Of a stretch of DNA of 64,000 nt, positions 1 through 14,618 are shown one piece after another; the first letter of the stretch is position 1; each line of letters begins with the position of its first letter. A program made the translations under genes and the position numbers. Location of the stretch: NCBI GenBank assembly GCA_965644315.1, contig CBFFRQ010000067.1, positions 812,486 through 876,485 on the forward strand, read 5' to 3'. Source of the stretch: Caecitellus pseudoparvulus. Its lineage: Eukaryota > Protista > Bigyra: Bicosoecida. Below the pieces are notes generated by a model. The model was given only the letters and a program-made list of their open reading frames with translations. It ran no database searches and was not told the origin of the DNA.

Positions 1-180
1 GAGGCTGTGGAGGTTCTATGGATTCTTCCTGCCTCGTGGCCTCACCCACTTGCGGTGGGCGCTCCGGAGGCCCATGATGCTGCTGCGTGAGCGGTCCAAA
101 GCGACCCGGTTGTGAAGTTTGCTGCGGTCGCGTGCGCAATGTCACCGTGCATTGAGTCGTGCGTGCACCTCCCTCCCGGG

Positions 181-3100
181 TCAATGCTCCGCGTCCCCCG
201 TGAGCACAGCTGCACCAGCCACGCCCAGAGGGAAGTCTGCAGCAGACAGCACGTGGAACTGGCCCACAGGCGTGCTTCGACGGGGGCTGGCAAAGACAGG
301 CACCTGCTCCCACGCAGCACCCTCAGCCGCCGGAGCAATGGCGCGCTGCAGCTCATGGCCAGGCGCTGCTGAGAGGAGGAGGGTTGTGGCAGGGAGGGCC
401 GATCGCACTGCTCCCGTCCAGGCAATGTCCACTCGTGCATCCGTCGCCGGGCAAGCCCCCTCCATGAACAGGCCAGTCAGCTGCACGATGGCTGAGTGCT
501 CAGGTACATCTTCCACAAGCAACGGTGCCCAGTACGCCTTGATCTGGTGCACGGGGCACTGCAGTGCGGCAGCGGCAGCCTGCTGCAGGGCAGCCAGCGC
601 CGCGGCAGGGCTGTGCAGAGCGGCCAATGCAACACCTGTGTCTGGTACTTGGGTTTGAGAGATGATGGAGGTCGGGTCATCCAGTGACGCCTTGGTCAGC
701 GTGCACACCGCCTGGCTGGCATCTGCTAGCGCACCCAGCCAGCTCGTTACATCAGCCTGTCGAGCCCCGCTGGCGTAGCCAGGGCGCAGCTGCAACCACA
801 TGCTTGGTGTGCGTTGCTGCGCCAGAGCATCTCGCGTAGTGCGCAGGGTGTGCGGCAGTGGGGGTGGGGTGCGGCCCTCTGCAGCAGCCGATGCCAGCAA
901 CGTCGCATGAGCCTGCAGAGCCTGCACGTCAGCCAACGCAGACTGCGCGACATGGCGCAGGGCGCTCGCTTCCCCTGCCAGCCACCGCAAGAGCGTGCGG
1001 GTCACGGGCTCGGCGTGCACCGCGTCGCCACTCGCCTCCTCCGCAGCCTCCAGCACGCTGAGGACTGACTGCGCCCCCTGCTCTAGCCGTGTGTAAGTGC
1101 TGGCTGCAGCGGCGTGGCCGTCAAGCGTGCCGCCTGCCTCCGTGCTGACAGCGGCAGTGCTGGACGCTGCGACCTGCCCAGCTGCAATGGCCGAAAAAGC
1201 CGCCGCGATGTCCGACCCCTCTCGAGACAAGGTGGCCTGCTCACACCCTGCCGGCAAGCCCAGCCACGCAGGAGGGTTGATGGCGGGGAGGCGGCGTGCC
1301 CAAGCTTCAAATGCATCCAGAGAATTCGCAGCGGGAGGTGGTGGCGCCAGCTGTTCACCTGGCCCCAGGCTCAGGTTGTGGTCCGCATCGAAAATGCTCG
1401 GCGTCAGCACTGCTTCGGCCAGGTGCAGCAGCACCGCTGCGTCCACGTCTGTTGACAGGCGCCCTCCATGGTGAGCGCCCCCTACCAGCTTGCGCAGGGC
1501 CTCCCACGGCAGGCTGTCCGGCTCCACGTGCCCCGGCACGGCGCCCTGTCCATACTGCAGGTCCACCCACCGCCCAACGGACACCGCCGCAGCAGCCAGG
1601 TCCCCGTCACTGAACGTGTACCGCTTCGTCCAGCCCAAGGGCGCGTACCTGCACCGTTCACTGACGGAAGCGTGCAGCCAGGCCAGGGCGAACAGGACGC
1701 GGGTGGACTCCACAGGCGCCTTGCTCCACAAGCCACGGGGAATGCAGTGCAGCGCGCCCAACACAGCTGCCCGCATGCCCGCCGGGCGCTGCAGGGTGAC
1801 CTTGGTGCTGACTCGCAGCAGGGCGGCAGGAATGCGCGTGCCCTCCTCCCCCACCTCTGCGCACAGAATGATGCGGAACTTGGCGTGCACCTTGCCCCGC
1901 TTCCCAGACTGCCCTGCAGCACCCGCTGTGCTGCCCGCGCCCCCTCGGTGTTGCAGCTGCTTCAGCAGCTTGGGCAGCCAGGCTGTCGCGAGGTGCACGT
2001 TGCTGAGCAATACCCAGTCCCCGCCACTCATGGCCCGGTCCACGGCCGCCCGTGCTGCGTCGAAGCTGTCGGGGTCGCCCATGGGCACAGTGTGCAGAGC
2101 GGACGTGAAGCCCGCAGCGGCCTCTTGCGCACGCTGCACGACGTTCACCCCAGCCGCGCCGGCGATGAAGACAGGCGCAGAGCGCAGCACAACGCGGTCA
2201 GAGCCCCGCACGGCGTCCTCCAGGGTCATAGCGCAGTCCGCAGCATCATCCCCCAGCAGCGCACTCTCCCACCGCGCAACCGCTGCCCACAGCCCTGCTG
2301 GCGCTGCGGCAGCCTGCAGCACCAGTGGCACCCACGCAGCATGCCGAACAGCGTCACCCTCGTCCTCCTCTTGCCAGGCTGGCTGAGCCCTCCCCTCGGA
2401 AAAGTGCTGCACCCAGTCGTCCGTGTTCTGCGTCAGCGACTCGGCGAGGCGCGGCCAAGGCTGGTGCGGCAGGGCTGTGAGCGCGGCCAGGCTGGTACGC
2501 GCAGCTGGAGGCAGCACCTTGGCTACATCTTCGGGCAGTGTCGCTTCAGTGGCTGGCACACGGCCTTGCACCAGGGCCACCTCTTGGGAGGGTGGGCTGC
2601 AACCTAGGGCTTCGGAGCAGGCGAGCAGCACGCCAGCTGTCAGACCGGCTGCGTGAGCCCGGAACATGCAGGGGCGGACGGCGCCCAGCACTGTGCGGGC
2701 CAAGGCCCACACGGTGTTTGTGACGGTGTCGGGCGTGTCAGCACTGGGCGCCGCGGCGAGCGTGCGATCCAGTGCGGACAGGAAGAAGTGCAGCGACCAG
2801 CGGTACATGGCATGCAGCGCAGGCAGCTTGCGCAGCGCAAAGTACACTTCCACAGCCGCCGCCACGAGAGGCTCGTAGCCCGACGTCACTGCTGTCAGCT
2901 GCTCCAGAGCACTGGCAACGTCAGCGGCCTTGTTCTCCACCACGGCCGTTTCTTGCTTCAGCCGCTCCATGGCCTTCAGCGTCGCGTCGTCCTCCAGCAG
3001 GCTGGCCGTGGATGACGACAGCTGCGTCAAGACATCGTCCTCCAGCTGGCGCAGCTGCGCAGTGTACTCTGCTGCGAGCTTGAGGGCCTCACCGCGTTGC

Positions 3101-6100
3101 TTGGCGATGTCTGGGCGCTGCGCTGTCAAGATGCGTGCGAGGGCGACGGAGCGGAGGGAGCCGGGCGTCACGGAGTTGTTCACGGCAGTGACGCGGGAAA
3201 GGATGTCCGGCGCGAACTGGTGTGTGGCGTCTGACGTAAACATGAACATTTGGAAGGCGGGAGAGACGTCCACCTCGGAGGCGCCCACAGTGACGGTGGA
3301 GCGCCCGCCTAGGGACGAGTACTCCCGCCCCAGCACAGGGTTCAGCAAGGGATCGATGCCTTCCGCATCCGTGACGACGAGGGTGTTCCCGAAGCGCAAG
3401 CTGGACTCCAGGCGCTTGGGGAAGGCAGGGTCCAGGTAGCTCACCACGACGGGCGCCGTGCCGGCAGCTCGCGCCACCTTCTCGCAGACCACCTGCTGCA
3501 CCTCCCCAGTGGGGTCGATGATGAGGGGGAAGCGGGCAAACGCCGAGAGCAGTGCGGAGTTCTGCGTGGCGAGGTCGTCCTCAGCTGCCCCGGCCGCACG
3601 CCATGCCAGAACGTCGGCGGGCTCTGCCAGCCCAGACCCCGCCTCGCACTCGGCGTCAAAAGGCACTCCTGCCGCGTCCAGCACCTCGCTCCACTCCGCA
3701 TGCAGGCTTGCGCGCACTTGGAAGCCGAAGAAGCCGGCATACGCCGCAAAGGCGCCGTGCAGCAGCGCCGCCCCCGGCACGTGCGCAGTCTGGGCGGCAA
3801 AGTGAGCCTCCGACGAGGCCCACCGCTGCTCCTCCCCTGCCAAGCCTGCCACCAAGCCTTCCGCCCGAGACACCTTGGACTGCACAGCCTCAAGTGCTGT
3901 GCCCAGTTCCTGTCCCTCTGCGATCAGCTTCGCGTACTCCCGCTTGTACTGTGCGATGGTGTCTTGCAGCTCGGCCAGGCGGGCGGCAGTGGCCTCGGCG
4001 CGCTGTGCCAGCTCGGTGGCTTGGTCTTCCAGCTGCCCCACTTCCTCACGCAGTGGTGCGACGGTCTGCAGCACCTCGGCATACTGCACTTGGGATGTCA
4101 CCCACTCGAACAGGGGTCCGCAAGCCTTGGACGACTTGGCGGCGCGCTCCTGGGTGAAGTCAGGGTCGGACAGGAATGTGTCGGCAATGTACTGCCGCAC
4201 GGCAGGTGTGACGGTTTCAGTGTTGAAGTTGAGGATGTTGGGGATGAAGTCGCGCTTCTGCAGACTGCGCTTGATGTCCGTCCACTTCTTCGGCTGCGGT
4301 GCTTCGTCGCTGGCCGCAGCAGCCGTCGTCCCACTCGCGCCGTCGCTGGTCGCACTTTCCAGCAGAGCGAGGAGCGCCTCCATGGTCTTGCGGATGGGCT
4401 CTGGCGGGCGGGCCAACGCGCGGATCTCATCCAGTGCCGAGCGCTTGATGCTGGAAACGCCAGCCTTCACTTTCTCCAGCAGGGGCTGCATGCCCTTGAG
4501 TTTGTCCTCCACCACCGCCTTGCGCTCTGCCACGGCGCCTTCCCGGGCCGCCACCTGCTGCGCCAAGTCCTCGCTCTCTGTGCGCTGTGTCTCGGCCACC
4601 TGCTGCTTCTCCAGCATCTCACCCAGCTTCGTCTCAGCTTCCTGCTGCTTGGCGTGCAGTGCCGCTTCCTTCTCGTGCAGCTGGGCCTTCATGCCCGCCA
4701 CGGCCTCGGACGTGTTCCGCAGCTTGGCCAAGCCGCCTGCGACGCGGGCGTGCTGCTTGGCAAGAAACTCGCGCTCCCGGTTCCACAGCCGCACGACGTG
4801 GCCCAGGAAGTCCAAAAAGTGCCGCGGCGTGATGAAGGTCCGCGTCTCTGCAGTCAAGGCCTCGGCTTCGGCAGCCTCCGCCGCCACTCTGTGCAACTGC
4901 ACAGCTGCCGTGACCAGGGACACGCCCTGGCTGACAGCAGGGCCCACCTCCTCCCCAGCCCCCAGAGCAGCCTGCACGGCGGGCAGGGCCAGTCCGGCAA
5001 TGTCCTCAATGCCGTGGCCCCCCGCCAACACGAATGCGCCGGCGCCAGCCGCTTCTGCCGCTGGTGCCAGGTCCAGAGCTCGCAGCAGGGTGGCAGCGGT
5101 CTGCGTCAGTGCAGGAGCGGACCAGTCCCCGAACCAATCCACGATGCAGCGGTTGAACAGGGCTGGGCTCGTGGCGGCCCGGTCGGTGAAGTCTGCCGTC
5201 GCGGGGTTCATGGTCATGGCCACGTGGAGGTTGCGGCGGACACGGGCGACGAACCAAGCGTACAGGGCCTCTTCGCCCTGGCCGCGTGAGGGCGCGCCAG
5301 CGGATGCGGGAGCGGCTGAGGCCGCCTCCCGCAGCCCACTCATGAGGGCTGTCCAGTCATCAGCTTCAAACAGACCCGGGACCTCCCCACTGGCCAGCAG
5401 CGCGTTCATGCGCTCCAGGAAGCCAGTGTCCAGGACGTTGCCCTCGTCGAAGATGAACACGAGTGGCTCCCCCTGCACGCCAGCCCGCGTGAGGAGACTC
5501 CTCAGATCGGCGTCGAAGTGTTCCTGGCCGTAGCCACGGTGCACCTTGAGGGTGGCAGTGGCAATGCCGCGGGACCACGCCGCAAAGCGAGTCAGCAGCG
5601 TCTTGCCAGCGCCTGACTGCCCCACGAGGAGCAAGTGCCCAGACTGCTGTCCCAGCACACGGTCGATGCGCGCCAGGTGTCGCAGGACGTCGTCGAACGT
5701 GATCAGCTGCACCTGCTGCACCTCCTCTGCGAAGTCCCGCGCCCTGTGAGCTACGAACGCCCGGAACTCAGACAGGCTCGTGCTCTCGTACTTGCCCGAC
5801 ACAAGCGTCGTGTACACGGCTGAGCCAGTGAGGATGTCCTCCAGAGTGGGCGACGCGGCATCTCCCGCAGCGAGTGCCTCGGGCAAGTGCTCAGCAAGAG
5901 CTTCACGGGTGGCATCCTGGCACCACGCCACGTCCTCCGCCCGCACCAGGCGGTCGGCGAAGATGCGCAGCGCCTCGTGCGCCCACAGCCCCGTGAAGGT
6001 GGGCAGGTCGCACTCGCCGCCGCTCTGCAGCACATCCCCCAACGCCCGCACCCACCGGCTGAGCTCTCGAGGTGAGTACACATAGTGGGCCCACTCGTCC

Positions 6101-9100
6101 GTGCTGAACTTGCTCGCATTGGCGGCGTACAGGTGCACCATGGCGGCAGCGATGGCGGCGGCGTGGGGCGCAAGGGCTGGGTGCGGGCTCAGCAGCGGCG
6201 TGATCATGGTGGTGAAGATGTGCCGCATGGCAGGCGGCGAGGGGAAGCCCACGTACAGCAGGGGGGCGTGCCGCATGAAGCGTGGGGACAGCTGGGAGCG
6301 CCCCGCATCTGTGGGGGGATTGCACGCACCCACGAACGTCACGCGCTGCAGGGCGATCCACAGGGGCCGCGCGCCGCTGCCTGGCACACCCGGCAACTTG
6401 CGTGGCGGCACCCAGAAACCGCCGTGCTCCACGGCACAGCGCATGAACGCGATGGCGCTCTGCGTGCCGAACGCGTCGGGAGTGGGCAGGTTCACCTCGT
6501 CTGCGAAGACAGTCAACGTCGTGTTCTCACTGGGCGGCGCCAGCACCACACCTGCTGGTGTGGGCGTGTACACGCAGTGCGCCTCCAGACTCTGCAGCAC
6601 GGAGGCAGCTGTGGTGCCACTGGAGAAAGCCATTGTGGCAGCCGCCAGGTTGGGGTTGGAGTCCAGGGCAGCTGTGAGGGTCATGGTCTTGCCTGATCCG
6701 GGGGGGCCGCACAGCACCAGCGGCGCCGCCGCATCCAGCCATGTTCGGATGAGGAAGCTGTTCCGCAGCGTGTCCACCGTCTGCACGACGGTGTCACCGC
6801 CCGCTGCCTGCTCGCCCGTCAGGGCGGTGGGAGGCACCTGGTCCGCCCAGTTCACCCACTCGCAGCCGTTTTCGTCCACGGTGGGCGCACCCAGCACCAC
6901 ACCACGCAAGTACGCCGCACCATCCGCCGGCACCCACCCCAGCAGGGAACCCTCCTGTGCCGGGAGTCCAGGCGGCAGGCTGGTTGCGTGCAGGGAGACG
7001 AGTGTCTCCAGAAGGCTGCCTCGCTTGCCGCTGGACTCTGCCGACACGCCGGCCCAGGCAGCGGCCAGGGCGACCCAGGCAGACGCGTCCACCTCTGCCT
7101 CAGCTGATGTGGGTGTGATGTCAGGCGTGCGCTCCACCCTGGCCAGCCACGCTCGCAGGCCACCACAGAGGACTGCAGCGAAGTTGGACAGGGGCGAGCC
7201 GAGGGGGAAGGTCATCACCTGCGCATCAGGCATGCTGGCCACCCACTGCATGGCTTCCAGCGGCCCACACGCTGCAGAGTCCAGGCAGTCGGCCAGCGCC
7301 TTGCCAAAGGCAGCGGCACCAACGCTGCTGGGCGAGTCTGAGGGCGCTGGCGCGGCAGGTTCATCCGAGGTGCGTGAAGGGGGGTGCTGCCAGCGACGCA
7401 TGGCGCCAGCTGCGGCGGGGCCTGAAGTGGACAGCAGGTGTGCCAGGCGACGCAGGGTGTGCTGTGGCGGCACGACTGCCTCGTGGAACCACACCATGCC
7501 GCAGCGCGACACTGTGGCAGGGGTGGCGTGCGCCAGGGTGTCGGTTTCAAACAGCATGCGCACGTGGTGCGGCAGGGGCAGGCGCTCGCCGGACGGCAGA
7601 GTGAGCAGGCGGTTGTCATCTAGGACGGAGTTCAGGTTCTCGGCCCACTCCGGGTCCACGTCGCCGTCAAAGACGACCCAGACAGGGCTGAGGGGTGCCC
7701 CGCCCGCCCCACGCGCGTCGTCGGCCCGGGAGATTTCTGCCCGCAGCACAGCTGTGAAGATGCCGTCGGTCCACTCCAGCGTGGCCTGGTCCAGGGACCC
7801 GTACAGGGCGTCCTTGTCCTGTGCCTTGGGGTCCAGCGTGATGAGCTGCACGGGGCTGCCGTGCACGCGCCCCACGGCGCAGGCGGCGGCATGCAGCGCT
7901 GCCGTCTTCCCCGTCCCGGAGGGGCCCACCAGCATGACGCCATGTCGCAGCGCGACGACAGACGCCAGCTGCCGCACCTTGGCTGTCCAGGCGTCGCTGG
8001 CCACCGCCCCATTCGCCCGCGCAAAGTCCTGCACTGCCGCGTCAATGGCCGCCGAGTCTCCCTCCGCCAGCCGCGAGTCCTGGAACACCGTGCCACACAG
8101 GGCCGTGAAGACGTCAATGTCCTCAGGCACCAGCTTTGGCAGCGTGCTGTCCACGATGCTGCGCAGCAACACCTCTGGCTCTGGACGGGGGCCGTCTGGG
8201 GAGGCGGCACGCAGCGCTTGCCCGCCCGACACCAGCACCTGCTTCAACGCACGCAGCCCAAAGTCATAGTGCACCTGGGGCGTCAGCTGCTCACGGCAGA
8301 GGCGGAAGAGCGTCACAGCGTGCGACGCCAGCGTCTCTGCCTCCCGAAAACCCTGTGCGAACAGCAACACCTCTGCAATGGCGTGCCAGTCGGGCGTCAT
8401 CATGGCACAGGGTCGGAACAGCGCCTTCAAGTTGTCGGGCAGCTCCGAGCGCCCCGCATACCCCGGGTTCATCGTCACGAAAATGCCCACTGACGGGTGC
8501 AAGTCCACCGTGCGCCCCAGCAGGCGCACAGAGCGCTGGCCGCTCAGAACGGCCTCCTGAATGGCTTGCACCTGCCCCGACACTGCGGACAGGATGCCCT
8601 CTGTCAGGCGGTTGAACTCGTCGAAGCAGCCCCAGGCACCCGTCTGGCAGAGGCCTGTGAGGATGCGCCCCATGGCGCCCACGTCGAACGCCTCGTCGCA
8701 GTTGAACACCAACACGTGGCGGCCAAGGGCGCCACCCAGCGCCTTCACACTCTCCGTCTTGCCGGTGCCAGCGGGGCCAAAGGGGTTCCCCCCCAGGCCC
8801 GCTCGCAGGGCCTGCGTGAGGGTCAAGTAGCACCGCTCCGTCAAGTCGGTGACGACCAAGCGGTCCCCGATGCCCAAGTACTCATACCCGTAGTCGAAGC
8901 TCGCATCTGCCAGCTGCACGGTGTAGGCGTCGCCGTCCCACACATGCCGCATGGTGCGCAGCCAGGGGAAGGAGCGGGGCCCGGCGTTCTCAGCTGCCAA
9001 CAGCCGCCGCCCACAGTCCCGCAAGTGCACCAGGGTCGTGATGGTGTGCTGCAGGGCTAGAGGGTTGCCTTCCACGGCGTCCTGCCCGTGCACTGCGACG

Positions 9101-12100
9101 GCCGAGAGCACGCGCAGCACGCGATCTTGCATCGCACGCATGTCAGCTTCCTCCCCCACTGCGGCGCCCATGCCAGCTGTCCACGCGATGTACAGTGCTG
9201 CCGTGGTCACTTGCGACGCCAGGCTAGACCACCAGCTCACCATGCTCCGTGCCAACTCTACGTCCGCCGACGGTGCCGCCTGGTCGAAGGCATGGCACGT
9301 GTCCACTGCCCCCGCCAGTTGCTCGCGCAGGGAGCAGCGCATGGAGTCCTGCAGCGCCCGCAGGAAGGTGACGGGCGCAGGTGTGCCGGAGGGGGGCGGC
9401 GTCGCATACGATGCTTCTGCGGAGGTGAGGGGGATGGTCTCGCCGTCTCGCGACAGCATGGCGCTGAGCGTCAGCGGCGCCGCCCCGTCACTGCCAAGAC
9501 ACACCTGCACGCCGCTGGGGCCTGCCATGTCCACGGCCGCGATGCCTGCGAACATGCGCGCGACGTGGCGCTGCACGGCCTTGGCTGGCTCCTGCGCCCC
9601 CAGCACCTCCAGCAGGTCCTCGTCGCCCAGGAAGTAGAAGCGCGCGAACATGCCACGCTGCCGCTCCAGGAACTTGCCCAGCGCGCGCTGCACCTCGCCG
9701 AATGTGTCCACCAGGCGCCCCAGCGTGTCGTCCAGCTTGCCGGCCTGCACCAGCTCCAGAGCCGAGGGGGGCGACGCCGTGCCGGTGGCAGGGACAGAGT
9801 GCTTGCGCACGAGGCCCTGCAGCTCTGAGTCTGCGCCGCGGAAGCGCCCCCACTCGCTGGGCAGCTGCACCTTGATGCTGCCGCTGCCCCCGCTGAAGAG
9901 GCCCGCCAGGTGCACCCACGCCTTCTGCGCTGCCACCCACAGGTCCAGCGTCATGCGCAGGGCACTGAGGCGGGAGCTCCACGATGTGGCGTCGTCTTTG
10001 AACGTGTCAAAGTACGGCGACGCCTTCATGCTGGTGAGGAAGCCGAGGTGGTCGTCCACCACCTCCAGCACCTCGTTGAAGTTGGTGACGACTGACGAGC
10101 TGCGGCCGCCGGAGAAGGCGGCAGACGTCAGGCCGGTGCCACCCCACGTCGTCTTGAGGTCACGCATGAACTTGGCCAGGTTCTCCTCGCCCGCCGCCCG
10201 CGTGAAGATGGGCGCCAGGGCACCTGCGTGTGCGGCGGGGTCTGCCTCCCAGATCTGCCCCAGTGTCAGCTCCCCCAGCAAGGCGGAGTCGACATCTGCG
10301 CCCTCCTCCGCCAGCCCCAGCACAGTGAGGATGCTGGCCCAGTGGTGCAGCTGCAGGGCAGGGCTCTTCAAGGACACGAGTTGGGGGTGGGCTGCCTTGC
10401 GCCGGGCTACTTCGTCCGCATAATACGTGTGCACTGCGTACTGCTGCAGCGCGGGAGGCGCCTGAGCCACCGAGTCAGACAGGGCGGTCAGCGCTGCCCG
10501 CACCCGCTGAGGCACGACCGCGGGCCAGGGCGTGGAGGCCAGGTCGTTCAGGCCACCTTCGATGTCCCGCGCCCACATCCACACCTTTGTCAGGCCGGCA
10601 GCCTCCTGCTGCACTGGGCCCAGGGGGCACTGCCCACCGCCCGCGGAGCCGATGGCCTCCCGTGCTCGCTCCATCTCCGCCCACTGCCCGGCCAGCGCCT
10701 CAGCCCGTGTGGCAAAGGCGGTGAGGGCTGTGAGCGCGGCAGTGGTGTCCCCGCCCCCCCCTGCTGTGGGCGCGTTGGCTGCCCACTCCGCGTTCAGCGC
10801 GGCAGCCTTCGCCGCCAAGTCCGTCTCCGTCGTCAGCAGCGTGGACTTGAGGGAGGGCAGGTGCTCGTCCACCTCCCGGGCCCGTTTTGCGAGGATCTGG
10901 GAGACTGCCCCCCACTCCCCCTCCACCTGGCTCAGGCGCACCCAGGCTGAGGGGAAGGTGAAGTTGTGCCGCTGCAGGGATCGCTCTGCGACGCGCAGGT
11001 CGTCGATGGTCTTGCTCCACTGGCTCGCAGCGGCTTGCGCAGCTGATGTGGCCGTGATGCACTGCACGATGGCGCGGGAGCTGCCTGAGAGGTTGGCCAC
11101 CTCCAGCGTCTCACGCGTCTCCTGCATGGTGGCCAGCAGGCCCACCGAGACGTCCTTCACGGCAGCAGCGAAGCGCTTGACCGCCTCCCCCACCCACCCC
11201 GCATAAGACTGCTTCAGGTTGAAGGTGATGTGGCTCAAGTCCAGCGTGATGCTGCCGCCGAAGCGCAGGGAGCCACGCGCCTCCTGCAGGGACCGCTGCT
11301 GGGCGGTGATGCCTGCCAGCAGCTCGTGCCAGGCGGGGAGGGACTGCCCTGCCACCTGCTGCAGGTCATCAGGAGTCAGGCTCCACAGTGACTCGTACAC
11401 GGTCCACTGATCCATGGCCCCCGCGACGTCTGCCAAGACGCCCTCCACTGCCTGAGCAGCGCCATCCAGCGCCCGAGACACCGGCAGCGTGAAGAGGCAG
11501 CTCGCATATGTGGCAGCGTGCTTGCCATGTGATGTGCCCGTGGCAGAGGGCGGCGCCACGATGGGCAGGTTGGTGAACGGGTGCAGTGTCTGCGCCAGCC
11601 GTTCCAGCAGTGCGCCACGCACAGCATGCAGCGGCGGGTCCAGCACCACCCGCCCCTCCTGCACATCCAGCCTGAGGGCCAAGGGCGCACCTGCAGCAGC
11701 GGGGGACTCCCCTCGCAGAGCCTGCGTCCACTCCTGCAGGGTGGACGCGACTCGGCTCTGCAGCGCCGCCGCCACGCGCAAGTGCACCGCCTCCGCCCAA
11801 CGAGGCACGTTTGCGAAGCCGCCAGTGGACAGGCGTGTCACCTCGTCCTGGATGCCGCCCACTACGGCCGCCACAGAGGCGTCCGCACTGGCCAGCTTCG
11901 CTACACCCTCCTCCACAGCCTGCGCCGCCGCCGTCGCGACAGCTGCGGCGTCTGCGAACCGCACGGCAGCAGCGCTGAAGGACTGCACGTACTGCTTGGC
12001 GCCAGCCTCGTCCCAATGCAGGCCTTTGGCGGCGCCAGACTGCACCTGTTTGCGCAGGGCGAGCTCTTCGTGCTGCACCAGCGCCTGCACATCTGGCGAG

Positions 12101-14618
12101 GCGGAGGCGCGGGTGGTCGCCCACTGCGACACGCCGACGTGCAGTTCCAGGGCAAGGGGGTACACCTGTTCCGCGAACAAGGCGGGCTCGCGCAGGGAGC
12201 TGGGGATGCGGAAGCCCATCGTTCGCAGCTGGTTCGACTCCCGCAGCAACTCCACGAGGGCCGGCGCGAATGCCACACGCAGGGCCCCCGCCGACACCTC
12301 CCACAGAGTGGAGGCGGTGGATGCCGCCGTCACACCTTGCATGGTATCTGTCCAGGCTGCCACCACCGGCACAGGGTCCAGGCGCGCGATGAAGGCGGCA
12401 GCCTGCGCGACCAGCGTGCGACCCGCCGCGTCGTCTTCCCACGACTCGCCCAGCACCAGCTGTACGCTCCGACGCACAGACGCCGCACCCCGCCTGAGCT
12501 GTTGCAGCCACATGACGGTGGCCACTGTCGGGGGCACGTTGTGTTGCGCTGCCACATCAGCGCCGCCTGCCGTGCGCCAACCCCCCGCGAACATGCGCTG
12601 CAGCGCTGTCAGTTGCTGCCCAATGGCAGTCAGCAGTTTGCGCTGGTGGCCCGCGACAGCTGAGCGCACTCTCGGCCGCTGCAGCAGGCTTTGGAAGGCC
12701 TCCAGCACCTGCAGCATGGCTGCCGTGCTGTTGCACTGCGACAGGCGTTCTTGCAGGCGCGCGGTGACATCCACCTCCACAGCAGCCGCGCTGGCACTGT
12801 AGGTGCTCTGCCGGGCCCGCCACGCCTCAATACCCGCTTCATCCACGGCAAACATGTCGCCTGAGGTCGCCAGCGTGTACGCTGCCTCCAGCTGCGCCAG
12901 CGACGCAGGCGTGTCACCGCCACGCCGCCCGACGGAAAATGCCTGCGCCACAACTGACAGCAACGCTTCGTGGGCTTCCCTGAACTTGACGAGGCTGTCG
13001 AGGCGCTGCAGGAGGGCAGTCGGTGCCGCACTTGTGTGCATGCAGTCTTCATGCAGCGGTGTTCGGGCACTGCGGGCTGCTGTTCCGAATGCGCCGATGA
13101 GGCGCGCCTCGCCCTGCACCCATCCTCGCAGCGCCCGCGTGCACACCGCCGCATGCGCCCTGAACTCCGGCAGGGGCCGGGCCATGAAGCTGCTGCGGCC
13201 ACACAGTCCAGACAGTGCACTGGCCAGGTCCACGCCAGCGCTGCGCACGAGGTGCAGGAGCAGGGGCATGGTGGGTGGCGGCGGCGAGGCGGCTGTCAGT
13301 ACCGCCAGCGACGGCGCCACGAGAGCCTCCACCTCCTCCACACTGCTAGCCTGGGCGACGTTGGCCATGGGCAAGTCAGTGACTGCTATCAACGTGGCGG
13401 CTGCGTCACGGAGAAGGGGCAGCGTGGAGCTCAGTACCCTGGCCAGGGTCTTACTGGGCAGTAGTTGCTTCGCAGCCTGCAGAAAGGACACTGCCAGGGG
13501 GAAAGCTGGCGCCTGCATGGCTTCTGCGACGCGGCCTGCCTCCTCCGCCACCTTTTTCAGGCGCAGGGCGAGGGGCAGCGCCCTGCGGGGCTCTGTGGGC
13601 AGTGGCCCCGGCATGATGGGTGTGTGGCTGCGACTCCAGGTGACGTCAGCCAGGGTGGAGAGGGGGGGCGGCGCCACCAAGCTCTGCAGCGTGTTCAGTC
13701 CCTGGGTCCACGCATTGGCAGCCTGCGCGATGGAGGCCACCACGGCGCTGTCATCCACCGCCTCTGCCAGGGGTGTGCCGGCCAGGTCGACGGACCCACC
13801 TGCCGACGTGGCATCCCCCGCCGCCTCCTCCAGGGCCGGTGGCAGCGTGAGGTCCACGGTGGGCACGCTGCCGCCAGCCCGACAGGCCTGCAGGGCCGTG
13901 TCTAGGTCTGCCAAGCGCCCCGCCACGGCACGCAGGCCCGACGCATCAGCTGACAGCGCAGAGTCCGAGGCGCTGGTCCCACTCCCCCCAGCTGCGGCAC
14001 GCAGGAGGGGTGTGAAGAAGCCACGCAGGTACGCCTGCAGCAGAGGCGCCGCCTCTGCTTGGCCAGCGCTGGGGCCTGGTGCGGTGGAGGTTGGCGGCTG
14101 CTGCACTGGCATGGGAGCCAGCAGCACCTGGCCAGCCACCGCGGCGTCCGGCGCAAGTCCGCCTTGTGTGAGGCGCATCAGAGCAGCGAGGGGCAGACCG
14201 TTGAACACTGCTTCGTTCACATGTACGGCATATGACAGGCTCTGCAGTCCTGCCCCTGCATCGCCTGTGGAGCGCAGGGTAGACACTAGTGTGCACGGGC
14301 TTGCGTTTCGCTGCTGCCAGGGCGGCGTGTACGCACCCAACAGGCCAAAGTACAGCACCGCGGAAGCGCCCTGAGCGAACTCTGTCAGTGCATGCACTGT
14401 GTCACCATCGTGCATGAAGGCGGACACGCCTTCAGTGTCCTGCTGGCCCTTGAGCAGGAGTGGCAGCAGGGCCGCTACATGCTCCGACAGCCTGTGACAA
14501 CGGCAGGCCGACGGACGGTGCAGTTGGAGTCGCTGCACGCCGCACACAGGCTGTGCTCGGCGCAGGCAGCATGCGCAGCGCACCTTTCCACAAGTTCTGC
14601 GTCGCTGCCACCTGCCAT
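181..14618 (-). CDS. DYNC1H1: Cytoplasmic dynein 1 heavy chain (~4,780 aa); exon 1 14618-14584, intron 14583-14492, exon 2 14491-181
   Basis: Four P-loops (GPAGTGKTESVKALG, GPSGTGKT, GPPGSGKTMTL, GQSGAGKT), WGCFDEFNR, YDFGLRALK, stalk coiled coil, and cytoplasmic-type motifs YVYSPRELSRWVR and TSPALFNRCIVDWFGDWS. ATG 14618 (MAGGSDAELVER) joins in frame through a 92-nt GTGCGC...CACAG intron. Confidence 0.93.

Noticed and set aside
3700-14374. Long + strand ORFs (e.g. 6101-8269, 12803-14374) and similar antisense ORFs elsewhere (41765-43366, 44295-45743)
   Set aside because: Shadow ORFs opposite real genes in very GC-rich DNA, with no recognisable domains.
14492-14583. ORF-track start of dynein at 14583 (MRCACC...)
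   Set aside because: That GTG is the donor of a 92-nt intron; the likely start is ATG 14618.
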